A stretch of DNA of 64,000 nucleotides from an uncultured Solirubrobacterales bacterium (GTDB lineage: Bacteria; Actinomycetota; Thermoleophilia; Solirubrobacterales; 70-9): NCBI GenBank assembly GCA_963821705.1, contig CAWGEV010000008.1, forward strand, positions 127,023 to 191,022. Reading direction: 5' to 3'. The notes beneath the pieces were generated by a model, which saw nothing but the letters and a program-made list of their open reading frames with translations, was not told the origin of the DNA and searched no databases. A program made the translations under genes and the position numbers. Positions 54,857 to 63,850 of the stretch are shown here, one piece after another; the first letter of the stretch is position 1; every line of letters begins with the position of its first letter.

Positions 54857-57055
54857 GTGATGGAAGCGGCGCTCGAGCGCGCACCAGGCGAATCGCCCGT
54901 CTACGTCCCGAGAGCACTCGCGAGGGGCGAGATCCTCGACCGAGAGCGCCTGCTGCGTGCGCCCCTGAAGAGCATGCCACGCCCGTCGCTCCTCGACGGG
55001 CCCATCACGAATCTGCGCGGGGCCGGCCCGAAGCTGGCGGCTGCCGCGGCCGAGCTCGGGATATCCGACCTGGGGGACCTGCTGCGATACGTCCCCCACA
55101 GCTATCGCGATCGCGCCGATCCCGTCCGGCTCGGGGACCTCAAGCTCGGGGAGGAGGCGACCGTCGAGGTCGAGGTGAGTGGAGCCAAGCTGCGCCCGAC
55201 GCGCCGTCGCCGCCTGACGATCCTGGAGGCGGACGTCTTCGACCCGAGCGGGAAGGCGAAGGCGGTCTGGTTCAACCGGGCCTGGCTCGCCGACCGGCTG
55301 CAGCCCGGCACACGGCTCCTGATCCGGGGCAAGCTGGAGAAGCGGGGCTTCAACGTCGCGGAGCACGAGCTCCTGGAATCCTCGAACGACTCCGCCGGTC
55401 TCCACACCACCGGCATCGTTCCGGTGCACCCCGCCAGCGAGCGGCTGCGGCCGCAGCGGATTCGCGAGTGGATCTGGCAGGCGATCGGGCTGGCGCGGCA
55501 CGCGGTCGATCCGATCCCCGGCCGCCTGCGGCGCGAGCTGCGAATGGCCGGGGCGGCGGATTCGCTGGTCGCCTCTCACTTCCCGGTGGACGAGCACGCC
55601 GCGGAGGCCGCCCGCGAGCGGCTCGCCTTCGAGGAGCTCCTCCTCTACCAGGCGGCGCTGGTCTCGCGGCGCGGACGCCGTGTGTCGCGGAGCAGCGGGA
55701 TCGGCCTGCCGGCGCCGGGCGACCGTGTCGGCGCCTGGGTGGACTCGCTTCCCTTCGAGCTCACGGATGACCAGCGCCGTGCCGTCGGGGAGGTCGACGA
55801 GGACCTCTGCCGCCCCCAGCCGATGCAGCGCCTGCTGATGGGCGAGGTGGGGAGCGGCAAGACCGTGATCGCCCTCTACGCGATGCTGCGCGCCATCGAG
55901 GCGGGCCATCAGGCCGCGCTGATGGCGCCCACCGAGACTCTCGCCGACCAGCACTTCCGCACGCTGGAGACGCTCCTGACCGCGGAATCGACGTCGGCGA
56001 CCCTGCTCACCTCGGCCACGCCGCCCGCGGCCCGCCGCGAGCTGCTCGGCTCGCTGGCCGCCGGCGACCCGCAGTTGGTGGTCGGCACGCATGCGCTGAT
56101 CCAGGAGACGGTCGATTTCTCCTCTCTGGTCGTGGCGGTCGTCGACGAGCAGCACCGCTTCGGGGTTCGCCAGCGGGCCGCACTCGACGCGAAGGGGCCG
56201 GGCAAGCGGCTGCCGCACGTCCTTCACATGACCGCGACACCGATCCCGCGGACCCTGTCGCTGACGACCTATGGGGACCTGGACACGACAGCCCTCCGGG
56301 AGCTCCCGAAGGGCCGCCAGCCCATCCAGACGCGCGTCGTCGGGGAGGACGGCCGGGGCGACGCGTACGAGTTCGTTCGCGAGCGCCTCCGAGAGGGTCG
56401 CCAGGCCTACGTCGTCTGCCCCTTGGTGAGTGACTCCGAGGCGATCGAGGCGCGCGCGGCCGAGGCGGAGGCGAAGCGCCTCGCGAAGACCGAGCTGCGC
56501 GACTTCCGAGTCGCCCTCCTCCACGGCCAGATGACCTCGGAGCAGAAGAACCGGGCGATGGCGGCATTCTCCTCCGGGCAGGCCGATGTCCTGGTGGCGA
56601 CCACCGTGATCGAGGTCGGCATCGACGTTCCGAACGCGACGATGATGCTGGTCGAGGGCGCGGAGCGCTTCGGGCTCTCGCAGCTCCACCAGCTCCGCGG
56701 GCGCGTCGGACGCGGACGGCACGAATCCTTCTGCATCCTCTTCGGGGACTCGGAGTCGGACGCCGCCAAGGCCCGGCTCGACGCGATCGCGACGGAGGGC
56801 GATGGCTTCGCCCTGGCCGAGGTCGACCTCTCGATCCGCGGGGAGGGGGAGATCCTCGGGACCCGTCAGCACGGCCTGCCGCGGTTCCGCGCAGCCACGC
56901 TCCCCGAGGACACCGCGCTGCTGCTCGAGGCCCGCCGGCGAGTGCTCGAGCTGCGCGATCGCTTCGGCTCCCTCGAGGCACCGGGCGTGGGGCCGCTGCT
57001 GGACGAGGCCAGGCGGCGCTTCGGTGACGAGCGGACCGAGCAGCTTGCCGCCTGA
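54857..57055 (+). CDS. recG: ATP-dependent DNA helicase RecG
   Basis: Wedge/OB N-domain, Walker A GEVGSGKTVIA, DEQHRFGV, TATPIPRTL, QLHQLRGRVGRG. Confidence 0.95.
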   Translation: MMEAALERAPGESPVYVPRALARGEILDRERLLRAPLKSMPRPSLLDGPITNLRGAGPKLAAAAAELGISDLGDLLRYVPHSYRDRADPVRLGDLKLGEEATVEVEVSGAKLRPTRRRRLTILEADVFDPSGKAKAVWFNRAWLADRLQPGTRLLIRGKLEKRGFNVAEHELLESSNDSAGLHTTGIVPVHPASERLRPQRIREWIWQAIGLARHAVDPIPGRLRRELRMAGAADSLVASHFPVDEHAAEAARERLAFEELLLYQAALVSRRGRRVSRSSGIGLPAPGDRVGAWVDSLPFELTDDQRRAVGEVDEDLCRPQPMQRLLMGEVGSGKTVIALYAMLRAIEAGHQAALMAPTETLADQHFRTLETLLTAESTSATLLTSATPPAARRELLGSLAAGDPQLVVGTHALIQETVDFSSLVVAVVDEQHRFGVRQRAALDAKGPGKRLPHVLHMTATPIPRTLSLTTYGDLDTTALRELPKGRQPIQTRVVGEDGRGDAYEFVRERLREGRQAYVVCPLVSDSEAIEARAAEAEAKRLAKTELRDFRVALLHGQMTSEQKNRAMAAFSSGQADVLVATTVIEVGIDVPNATMMLVEGAERFGLSQLHQLRGRVGRGRHESFCILFGDSESDAAKARLDAIATEGDGFALAEVDLSIRGEGEILGTRQHGLPRFRAATLPEDTALLLEARRRVLELRDRFGSLEAPGVGPLLDEARRRFGDERTEQLAA

Positions 57056-57079
57056 TTCCGTCCTCCAGGAGGCGTAGTA

Positions 57080-57095
57080 TCGAACATATGTTCGT
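57080..57095. promoter_or_regulatory. LexA (SOS) box overlapping the start codon of the DUF222-HNH gene
   Basis: TCGAAC-ATAT-GTTCGT versus the mycobacterial consensus TCGAAC-N4-GTTCGA (11 of 12 defined positions). The core CGAACATATGTTCG is a perfect 14-bp palindrome. TAGTAT (TANNNT-type -10) lies at 57075-57080, 7 nt before the ATG at 57088. Confidence 0.65.
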
Positions 57096-58371
57096 CCCGG
57101 AGCTGAACGAGCTGCCGACCGAGCGCCTCGAGCATGAGATCGCGGAGCTCGCCGGCCATCTGAACGCCGGTTGCTGCCGCTGGCTCGCGCTGGTCGCGGA
57201 GTTCGACCGCCGCGGCGTCTGGGCCGACTACGGCTGTCGCTCGTGCGCGGAATGGGTCGCTTGGCAGTGCGCCCTGACGACACGCTCGGCGCGTGAGCAC
57301 GTCCGGGTCGCGCGGCGGCTCACCGAACTGCCGCTGATCCACGAGCAGTTCGCAGCCGGCCGACTGTCCTTCTCGAAGGTGCGGGCGCTGACGCGCGTCG
57401 CCGAGCCTGACACCGAGGAGGACCTGATCGAACTGGCGCGCCACGCCACCGCTTCGCAGCTCGAGCGAGTCGTCCGCGGGCTTCGGCAGGTCGGCACCGC
57501 CGACGCTGAGGACCAGCAGCTGAACCGCTACCTGGTCGCGTCCTGGGAGGACGACGGTTCGCTCTCGATTCACGGACGGTTGCCGGCGGAGGACGGCGCC
57601 GCTTTCCTCGCGGGTCTGGACGCGGCCCATGACCGGCTTCGCGAGCAAGATGAATGCTTGCCGCAGCGATCCGACGGCGAAGGCGGTTCCGCGGAACCGC
57701 CGCGACCCGCGCATCACACGCATGCGGATGCCTTGGTCGAGCTGGCCCGTGGCGGCGCGGGCTATGACGTGACGGTTCATGTGGACGTTGATGTGCTCGC
57801 TAGCGATTCCCACGGTCAGGTGCGAATTGACGGGGGCCCGGCGCTCGCGCCGGAGACCGCTCGGCGGCTCGCCTGCGACTCCTCGCTGATTCCGATCATC
57901 GAGCTCGATGGCCGCGCCTTGTCCGTCGGTCGCAAGACGCGAGCCGTGCCGCCCGCCTTACGCCGGGCGGTCGAAGCGCGTGACGACGCCTGTCGATTTC
58001 CGGGCTGCGAGCACCGCCGCTTTCTCGACACCCACCACATCATTCACTGGGCCCACGGCGGCGAGACCGACAAGTCCAACCTGGTCCTGCTCTGTCGCCA
58101 TCACCACCGACTGGCGCACGAAGGCCGAATACGCGTGTGCGGTGACGCTGACAAGTGCGTTCGCTTCCGTCTCCGTGACGGCACGCCTCTTGAGAGCTCC
58201 CCAACGCCGCTGGACGGATCCTTGCGTCGCCTACACCAGCTCAATGGAGAGGCTGGTCACGAAATCGACCGCCAGACATGCCTCTCCGGGACCGGCAGGC
58301 GAATGGACCGGAACTGGGTGGTAAGCGTGGTCGCGGACGGTCTTCATGGGCCCGATCCGCCCGCTGGGTAG
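57088..58371 (+). CDS. DUF222 / HNH endonuclease (13E12-repeat-type protein)
   Basis: N-terminal DUF222-like region (LEHEIAELAGHLNAGCCRWLALVAEFDRRG...CRSCAEWVAW). C-terminal HNH motif CEHRRFLDTHHIIHWAHGGETDKSNLVLLCRHHHRLAHEG. Confidence 0.88.
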   Translation: MFVPELNELPTERLEHEIAELAGHLNAGCCRWLALVAEFDRRGVWADYGCRSCAEWVAWQCALTTRSAREHVRVARRLTELPLIHEQFAAGRLSFSKVRALTRVAEPDTEEDLIELARHATASQLERVVRGLRQVGTADAEDQQLNRYLVASWEDDGSLSIHGRLPAEDGAAFLAGLDAAHDRLREQDECLPQRSDGEGGSAEPPRPAHHTHADALVELARGGAGYDVTVHVDVDVLASDSHGQVRIDGGPALAPETARRLACDSSLIPIIELDGRALSVGRKTRAVPPALRRAVEARDDACRFPGCEHRRFLDTHHIIHWAHGGETDKSNLVLLCRHHHRLAHEGRIRVCGDADKCVRFRLRDGTPLESSPTPLDGSLRRLHQLNGEAGHEIDRQTCLSGTGRRMDRNWVVSVVADGLHGPDPPAG

Positions 58372-58377
58372 CCGGGG

Positions 58378-58917
58378 ATGCCTGAGGTTCGCATCAGCGG
58401 CGGTGGACTGCGAGGGCGCCGCCTCTATGTGCCGAAGTCGGGCGTCCGTCCGACCACCGGGCTGGTTCGCGAGGCGATCTTCTCGATGCTCGGCAGCGTC
58501 GAAGGCGCACGCGTCCTCGACCTGTTCGCCGGCAGCGGCGCGCTGGGTATCGAGGCGCTCTCGCGCGGCGCCGGCGAGGCCACGTTCGTCGACAGAGACA
58601 CTGGCGCCGTCGGGCGGAATCTCCGGGAGCTCGGGCTGTCGGCGAGGGTCGAGCGGCGTGCCATCGGCGCGTGGCTCTCACGGGAGGCGAGTTCCTCGCC
58701 TTCGACGTACGACCTCGTCTTCTGTGACCCGCCGTATACACTCGCCGCCGCTCTCGAGGGCGAGCTCAGTGCCGGTTTACCACGGATCGTCGACGAGGGT
58801 GGAAAGCTCATCCTGGAAACATCCACCCGCAACCCGCTCGACCTCGGATTGCCCGTGATCAAGGAACGCACCTACGGAGACACCTTCGTTCGCATCTACA
58901 GAGGTGAACGCGCGTGA
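58378..58917 (+). CDS. rsmD: 16S rRNA (guanine966-N2)-methyltransferase
   Basis: VLDLFAGSGALGIEALSRGA SAM motif and FCDPPY. Followed by coaD. Confidence 0.9.
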   Translation: MPEVRISGGGLRGRRLYVPKSGVRPTTGLVREAIFSMLGSVEGARVLDLFAGSGALGIEALSRGAGEATFVDRDTGAVGRNLRELGLSARVERRAIGAWLSREASSSPSTYDLVFCDPPYTLAAALEGELSAGLPRIVDEGGKLILETSTRNPLDLGLPVIKERTYGDTFVRIYRGERA

Positions 58918-59411
58918 GCCCCGACGGGAGGGTCGCAATCTGCCCCGGCAGCTACGACCCGGTCACCAACGGACACCTCGACGTGATCGGGCGGACGGCG
59001 AAGGTCTTCGAGAAGGTCGTCGTCGGGGTGGTGAACAACCCGGTCCGGAAGGAGAAGACGCTCTTCACCGCCGAGGAGCGCAAGCAGTTCATCGAGGACG
59101 CGACCGCGGACATGGGCAACGTCGAGGTCGGGATCATGAGCAACCTGCTGGTGGAGTTCGCGCGGGAGCACGGGGCGACCGCGGTGATCAAGGGTCTCCG
59201 GGCGATCTCGGACTTCGAGTACGAGTTCGAGATGAACCAGCTCAACCGCAAGCTGGCCCCGGAGATCGAGTCCATGTACATCTTCGCCTCGGCCCACTAC
59301 AGCTTCCTCTCCTCGACCGGGGTCAAGGAGATCGCGACCTTCGGGGGCGACGTCGGCGATCTGGTCCCGGCCCCGGTTGCAAAAGCGCTTGCGGAACGGC
59401 TGGCTCGTTGA
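58914..59411 (+). CDS. coaD: Phosphopantetheine adenylyltransferase
   Basis: CPGSYDPVTNGHLDVI nucleotidyltransferase motif. 165 aa. Overlaps the rsmD stop. Confidence 0.95.
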   Translation: MSPDGRVAICPGSYDPVTNGHLDVIGRTAKVFEKVVVGVVNNPVRKEKTLFTAEERKQFIEDATADMGNVEVGIMSNLLVEFAREHGATAVIKGLRAISDFEYEFEMNQLNRKLAPEIESMYIFASAHYSFLSSTGVKEIATFGGDVGDLVPAPVAKALAERLAR

Positions 59412-59449
59412 GGCCGTCATGCGTGGTGGGTGGGCAGGAGCTTGCAATC

Positions 59450-59488
59450 CGGCCCAGAAGGAGCAACCGGGGCCCCTCGGTTGGGCCG
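59450..59488 (+). terminator. GC-rich nested hairpin downstream of coaD (possible terminator)
   Basis: Outer stem CGGCCCA/TGGGCCG (7 bp). Inner stem CAACCG/CGGTTG around GGGGCCCC. A short T-run (gcTTTag) follows 10 nt later. Confidence 0.35.
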
Positions 59489-59511
59489 ATGCGTAAGCTT
59501 TAGCGACCTCA

Positions 59512-59979
59512 ATGGACGTTCTAGTACTCATCGACAAGCTCGACGACCTGGTCCACAACGCGCGGCCGGTGCCGCTCACGGATCAGGTTCGCGTCGACCG
59601 CGAGGAGATCTATGACCTCCTCGATCAAATGCGCGCGACGATTCCCGAGGAGATCAAGCAGGCCCGCTGGATCGTCAAGGAGCGCCAGGAGATGCTCGCC
59701 GAGGCGAAGCGGGAGGCCGAGCGGATCGTCAAGGAGGCCCGCGAGCAGCAGGCCCGCCTCGTCGCGAACGAGGAGATCACCCGCCAGGCAGAGCGCGCCG
59801 CCGAGGAGATCGTCGAGGAGGCGCGCGAGCGCGAGCGCGAGATCCGTCTCGGCGCCGAGGACTACGCGGACGACATCCTCTCGACCCTCGAGGTCAACCT
59901 CCAGAAGTTCCTGCAGGCCGTGCAGCGCGGCCGCGACCGGCTCCAGGGCCGGGAGCGCGAGCCGTCAGAGATTGGCTAG
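59512..59979 (+). CDS. Conserved coiled-coil protein (often auto-annotated as ATPase / V-ATPase subunit-H-like); function unknown
   Basis: 155 aa. N-terminal LIDKLDDLVHNARPVPLTDQVRVDREEIYDLLDQMRATIPEEIKQARWI, followed by a highly charged heptad-like E/R/A-rich helix. Confidence 0.65.
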   Translation: MDVLVLIDKLDDLVHNARPVPLTDQVRVDREEIYDLLDQMRATIPEEIKQARWIVKERQEMLAEAKREAERIVKEAREQQARLVANEEITRQAERAAEEIVEEAREREREIRLGAEDYADDILSTLEVNLQKFLQAVQRGRDRLQGREREPSEIG

Positions 59980-60100
59980 CCGCTCCATTTAGGAGCGAAG
60001 GGCCAAGCCCGAAGCGACTTGCCCTGGGCGGCGACGGCAATCTCGCCTGATGGCGAAGCCGTCAATAGTCTCCGCTCCGTATCCAACGGAAGGAGTCGGC

Positions 60101-60805
60101 ATGGGCGAGCGCTGGTTCACCGAGGAGGAGCTGGCCGACATGGCTCGGCCGACGATGGACCGGGCGATCGAGGCGATCGACGCCGGCGACACCGAATCCG
60201 CCAAGCAGCTCTGCGAGGGGATGAAGCACGAGTCGCAGTTCATGCACGATCTGCTGGTCGACGGCACCGCGGGCTTGATCTCCTTCATCAAGGAGAAGCT
60301 CGGTGACGAGGGCGTGCGGGAGGCCTGGGAGTGGAGCCTGGAGCGCAGCTGGAAGCGAGCCGTGGAGAAGATCTCGGAAGCCGACCGGAAGGCGATCGCC
60401 CATTCGCTGGCGGCGACGTGGCGCGCGCACTCGACCAGCGGGGTCGGACCGAACCCCGGCGCGTTCGAGATCGGCGAGGACGAGGAGAAGCTGACCTTCA
60501 CCATGAATCCCTGTGGCTCGGGCCAGCGCCTCTGGCGCAACCGGCGCTACGGGCCCGACGGGTGGGGGCTGACCGACGAAGCGCACGACTGGTCCTATGG
60601 CCGCAAGGGGTTCCCCCTCTACTGCACCCATTGCGCGTTCATGAACGAGCTCGGACCGATCAACTGGATCGGCTATCCCGTCTATCCGTCCGACCCGCCC
60701 GAGGATTTCGACCGGGATCCGTGCACCTGGTACTGGTACAAGGACCCGGCCGACATCCCGGAGCGTCACTGGGAGCGCTACGGGCTGGAGCGCAGCGCCG
60801 GTTGA
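60101..60805 (+). CDS. Cys/Trp-rich hypothetical protein, no family recognised
   Basis: ATG at 60101 with a GGAAGGAG Shine-Dalgarno sequence 5 nt upstream. Helical N-half. The C-half carries NPCGSG, YCTHCAF and DPCTWYWY. Its stop overlaps the TTG start of the next gene. Confidence 0.6.
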   Translation: MGERWFTEEELADMARPTMDRAIEAIDAGDTESAKQLCEGMKHESQFMHDLLVDGTAGLISFIKEKLGDEGVREAWEWSLERSWKRAVEKISEADRKAIAHSLAATWRAHSTSGVGPNPGAFEIGEDEEKLTFTMNPCGSGQRLWRNRRYGPDGWGLTDEAHDWSYGRKGFPLYCTHCAFMNELGPINWIGYPVYPSDPPEDFDRDPCTWYWYKDPADIPERHWERYGLERSAG

Positions 60806-61797
60806 GGGCCGATGAGGTCGAGGAGCTTCTCACCGAGGTGCTCGGCGAGGACCCCGGCGAAATCGCCCTGACGCCGATTCCCGGCGGCGCCTCGCGCGAG
60901 ACCTGGCTGCTGGAGGGCGAGCGCGGACGGTGGGTCCTGCGGCGCGATCCGGAGGGGTCGGTGTCGCTCGTGCCGATCCACGACGAATTCGCCCTGATCG
61001 CCCGCGCCCGGGACGCCGGTGTCCCCGTGCCCGAGCCCCTCGCCCTGGAACCCGCCGGTGGGCGGCTGGGGACCGACGGGATGCTGATGTCGTTCGTCGA
61101 GGGCACCTCCGTGGCGCCCCGCATTCTCCGCAAGCCGGAGTTCGAGACCGCTCGCTCCCGCCTGACGGCGCAGCTGGGCGAGGCGCTGGCCCGCATCCAC
61201 TCGGTCGACAGGTCGGAGCTCGCCGGCGCCCTGCCGGATCCGGGAGATGACCCTGCGATCGACCAGATCGCCGAGTGGGAGCGCCATCTCGATGAGATCG
61301 GCGAGCCCCTGCCGGCCGTGGAGCTCGGGATCCGATGGCTGCGAGCCAACGCGCCCGAGCCTTCGGAGCCCCGCCTCGTGCACGGCGACTTCCGCCTGGG
61401 CAACTTCATCGTGGATGAGGGCGGCCTGGCGGCGGTGATCGACTGGGAGCTTTCGCACATCGGTGACCCGGCCGAGGACATCGGCTGGATCTGCATTCGC
61501 TCCTGGCGCTTCGGCGAAGACGACAAGCCCGTCGCCGGCGTCGGTCAGCTCGACGAGTTCCTCTCCGCCTACCAGTCGGCCGGAGGGGCGCCGGTCGACC
61601 GCGACAGGATCCGCTACTGGGAGGCCTTCGGCAACGTCAAGTGGGCGGTGATCTGCGCCCGCCAGGCCCATGATCACCTCACCGGCGCCCGGCGGAGCCA
61701 CGAGCTCGCCTCGCTCGGCCGCCGGATCTGCGAGCCGGAGTGGGACCTGTTGCAGCTGATTGCGACCCCCGGACGCGAAGCCGAGGAGGTCGCCTGA
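60802..61797 (+). CDS. Phosphotransferase-family (APH-like) kinase of the type associated with acyl-CoA dehydrogenases
   Basis: Catalytic loop LVHGDFRLGNFIV and IDWELSHIGDPAEDIGW. The TTG at 60802 (LRADEVEELL...) overlaps the upstream stop (TTGA). Confidence 0.8.
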   Translation: MRADEVEELLTEVLGEDPGEIALTPIPGGASRETWLLEGERGRWVLRRDPEGSVSLVPIHDEFALIARARDAGVPVPEPLALEPAGGRLGTDGMLMSFVEGTSVAPRILRKPEFETARSRLTAQLGEALARIHSVDRSELAGALPDPGDDPAIDQIAEWERHLDEIGEPLPAVELGIRWLRANAPEPSEPRLVHGDFRLGNFIVDEGGLAAVIDWELSHIGDPAEDIGWICIRSWRFGEDDKPVAGVGQLDEFLSAYQSAGGAPVDRDRIRYWEAFGNVKWAVICARQAHDHLTGARRSHELASLGRRICEPEWDLLQLIATPGREAEEVA

Positions 61798-61798
61798 C

Positions 61799-62158
61799 GT
61801 GGGGCAGGATCGACCGACAGCCCCCGAGCTCCTCGAGTCCGTCGCCGAGTACCTGTTCGGTGAGCTGCGGCCCGAGGTGCCGCGCGAACAGCGCTTCAAG
61901 GTGCTGGTCGCGGCCAACGTCTGCGCGGTGGTGGCGCGCGAGATCCGGGCCGGAGACGAACCGGATGAGGCCGACCTGGCTCTGTTCAACGAGCTGCTGG
62001 GCGAGCAGGTGAGCGACGCCCATGCTGCAGCCGCCGAGCTCTCCCGCCGGCTGCGCGAGGGCGAGCTGGACGACCGGATCGAGGAGCTCGCGCCGAGGCT
62101 CGAGGAGCACGTCCGCCGCAAGCTGGACATCGCCCGGCCCGGGTACGCCGACGGCTAG
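61799..62158 (+). CDS. DUF6285-like small protein (usual partner of APH-like kinases)
   Basis: DRPTAPELLESVAEYLFGELRPEV...RFKVLVAANVCAVVAREI pattern. The GTG at 61799 is 1 nt after the kinase stop. Confidence 0.6.
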   Translation: MGQDRPTAPELLESVAEYLFGELRPEVPREQRFKVLVAANVCAVVAREIRAGDEPDEADLALFNELLGEQVSDAHAAAAELSRRLREGELDDRIEELAPRLEEHVRRKLDIARPGYADG

Positions 62159-62862
62159 TCCCGTCGATCGGAACCGAGCGTGAACGTGTTGAGCCCGGCG
62201 CCGCCGTCGACCGCGATCTCCTGCCCGGTCACCTGGGCGGCCTCCTCCGAGCAGAGGTAGGCGACGGTCGCCGCGATCTCGGCCGGCTCGACCATCCGGC
62301 CCGAGGGGAGCAGCGGCTTCAGGCGCTCGAGGATCTCCTCGGGCATCGCCCGGACCTTCTCGGTCGCCACCATCCCCGGAAGGACCGCGTTGGCGGTGAT
62401 CCCGTGGTGCACGTTCTCGGCGGCGAGCGTCTTCACCATTCCGAGGAGGCCCGCCTTGGAGGCCGAGTAGGCGACCTGGCCCCGCAGGCCGGACTTGGCC
62501 GCGCCCGACGAGATCGCGACGATCCTTCCCCAGCCGCGCGAGCGCATGCCGGGGAGACAGGCCTGGACGCTCCGGAAGGCCCCGGTCAGGTTGACGTCGA
62601 TGTCCCCGTCCCATTGCTCCGGAGACATCTTGTGCGCGGGGGCGAGCGTGTCCGTGATCGCCGCATTGGTCACGCAGACGTCGATCTCCGGGAGGTCGGG
62701 CACCTGCTCGGTGGCGAGGTCGAGCTGAAGATCGCAGCCCTCGTCCCGGTCGAGTGTCGTGACCTCCATGCCCTCGGCGCGAAGCCGCTCGGCGATCGCG
62801 GCGCCGATTCCGCGCGCGGCGCCGGTGACCAGGGCTCGGCGGGGCTCCCCGGGCCCGCTCAT
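62155..62862 (-). CDS. SDR-family oxidoreductase (FabG-like)
   Basis: TGAARGIGAA cofactor motif, catalytic YSASKAG, NAAI motif. 235 aa. ATG at 62862. The remaining upstream part of the 585-aa track ORF is an out-of-frame reading of the crotonase gene. Confidence 0.88.
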   Translation of the reverse strand: MSGPGEPRRALVTGAARGIGAAIAERLRAEGMEVTTLDRDEGCDLQLDLATEQVPDLPEIDVCVTNAAITDTLAPAHKMSPEQWDGDIDVNLTGAFRSVQACLPGMRSRGWGRIVAISSGAAKSGLRGQVAYSASKAGLLGMVKTLAAENVHHGITANAVLPGMVATEKVRAMPEEILERLKPLLPSGRMVEPAEIAATVAYLCSEEAAQVTGQEIAVDGGAGLNTFTLGSDRRD

Positions 62863-63713
62863 CGGAGATCCGTCTCGTGGGTCCCCGCCCGCCCGGCATC
62901 GGTCTTCTCGTAGAAGCGGCCGAGCAGCTGCGAGGTCTCGTCCGGGTCTGCGCATGTGTAGGCGTTCCAGGCCTCGTTCCGCAGCTGCTCGTCGAGGGTC
63001 TTCCCGACCGTGTCGAGGATCGTCTGCTTCGCGGAGCGCACGGCACGCTGGGAGTTCCGGAGGATCTGGCGGCCGACCGTCTCGGCCTCCGCGAGCAGGC
63101 GCTCGTGCGGAACGACCTTCGAGACGAGGTTGCATTGGAGCGCGCGGTGGGCGTCGATCGGCTCGGCGGTGAGCAGCATCTCGAGCGCGATCCCCGTGCC
63201 GCAGGTGTTGACGAGGCGAACGATGCCGCCGTCGCCGTGGTGGAAGCCGCGTCGCGCCTCGAAGGAGCCGAACATGGCGCGGTCGGACGCGATCCGGATG
63301 TCGCAGGCGAGCGCCGTCTCCAGACCCCCGGCGAGCGCCCAGCCGTTGATCGCGCCGATGATCGGCTTGTAGATCCGGTGCTGGCCGCGCGTGAAGCCGT
63401 TGAGCCCGAGCTCGACGATCTCGCGAATGTCGTGCGGGCGGCCGTCGACGACGATCGGCGGGATGTACTCCTTCAGGTCGGCCCCGGCGCAGAACGCGTC
63501 GCCCGCGCCGGTCAGGATCGCGACGTCGACGGAGTCGTCCGCGGCGAAGTCGGCCCAGGCGGCGATCATCAGGCGGTGAACCTCGGGGCTCACGGCGTTG
63601 CGGGCCTCGGGGCGGTTGATCGTGAGGTAGGCGATCCGGTCCCGCTTCTCGTAGAGGACGACGCCCTCGTCGGCGGATGGTGGCGGGCCGGGGCGCTCGG
63701 GGTTGTGATTCAT
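62859..63713 (-). CDS. Enoyl-CoA hydratase/isomerase (crotonase) family protein
   Basis: RIAYLTINRPEARNAV and ILTGAGDAFCAGADLKE oxyanion-hole segments. ATG at 63713 with a GAGGAG Shine-Dalgarno sequence. ATGA overlap with the SDR gene. Confidence 0.88.
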   Translation of the reverse strand: MNHNPERPGPPPSADEGVVLYEKRDRIAYLTINRPEARNAVSPEVHRLMIAAWADFAADDSVDVAILTGAGDAFCAGADLKEYIPPIVVDGRPHDIREIVELGLNGFTRGQHRIYKPIIGAINGWALAGGLETALACDIRIASDRAMFGSFEARRGFHHGDGGIVRLVNTCGTGIALEMLLTAEPIDAHRALQCNLVSKVVPHERLLAEAETVGRQILRNSQRAVRSAKQTILDTVGKTLDEQLRNEAWNAYTCADPDETSQLLGRFYEKTDAGRAGTHETDLR

Positions 63714-63850
63714 GGCGACTCCTCGGTCGGGGGTTGGGGTCGATCGTATGGGCGCCCGTTGCGGAGGAGGCTCGATCTGCCGTAAGTTGCTCGCGACACG
63801 ACGCAAGGGCGTCATGTCCGACAGCCTCCTCGGGAGGCAGAGGGAGAACG

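Noticed and set aside
57088-58371. The DUF222-HNH gene as a mobile element or insertion sequence.
   Set aside because: I see no terminal inverted repeats, no flanking direct repeats and no transposase or integrase. The gene is flush with its neighbours. I treat it as a (possibly once mobile) resident SOS gene, not an IS.
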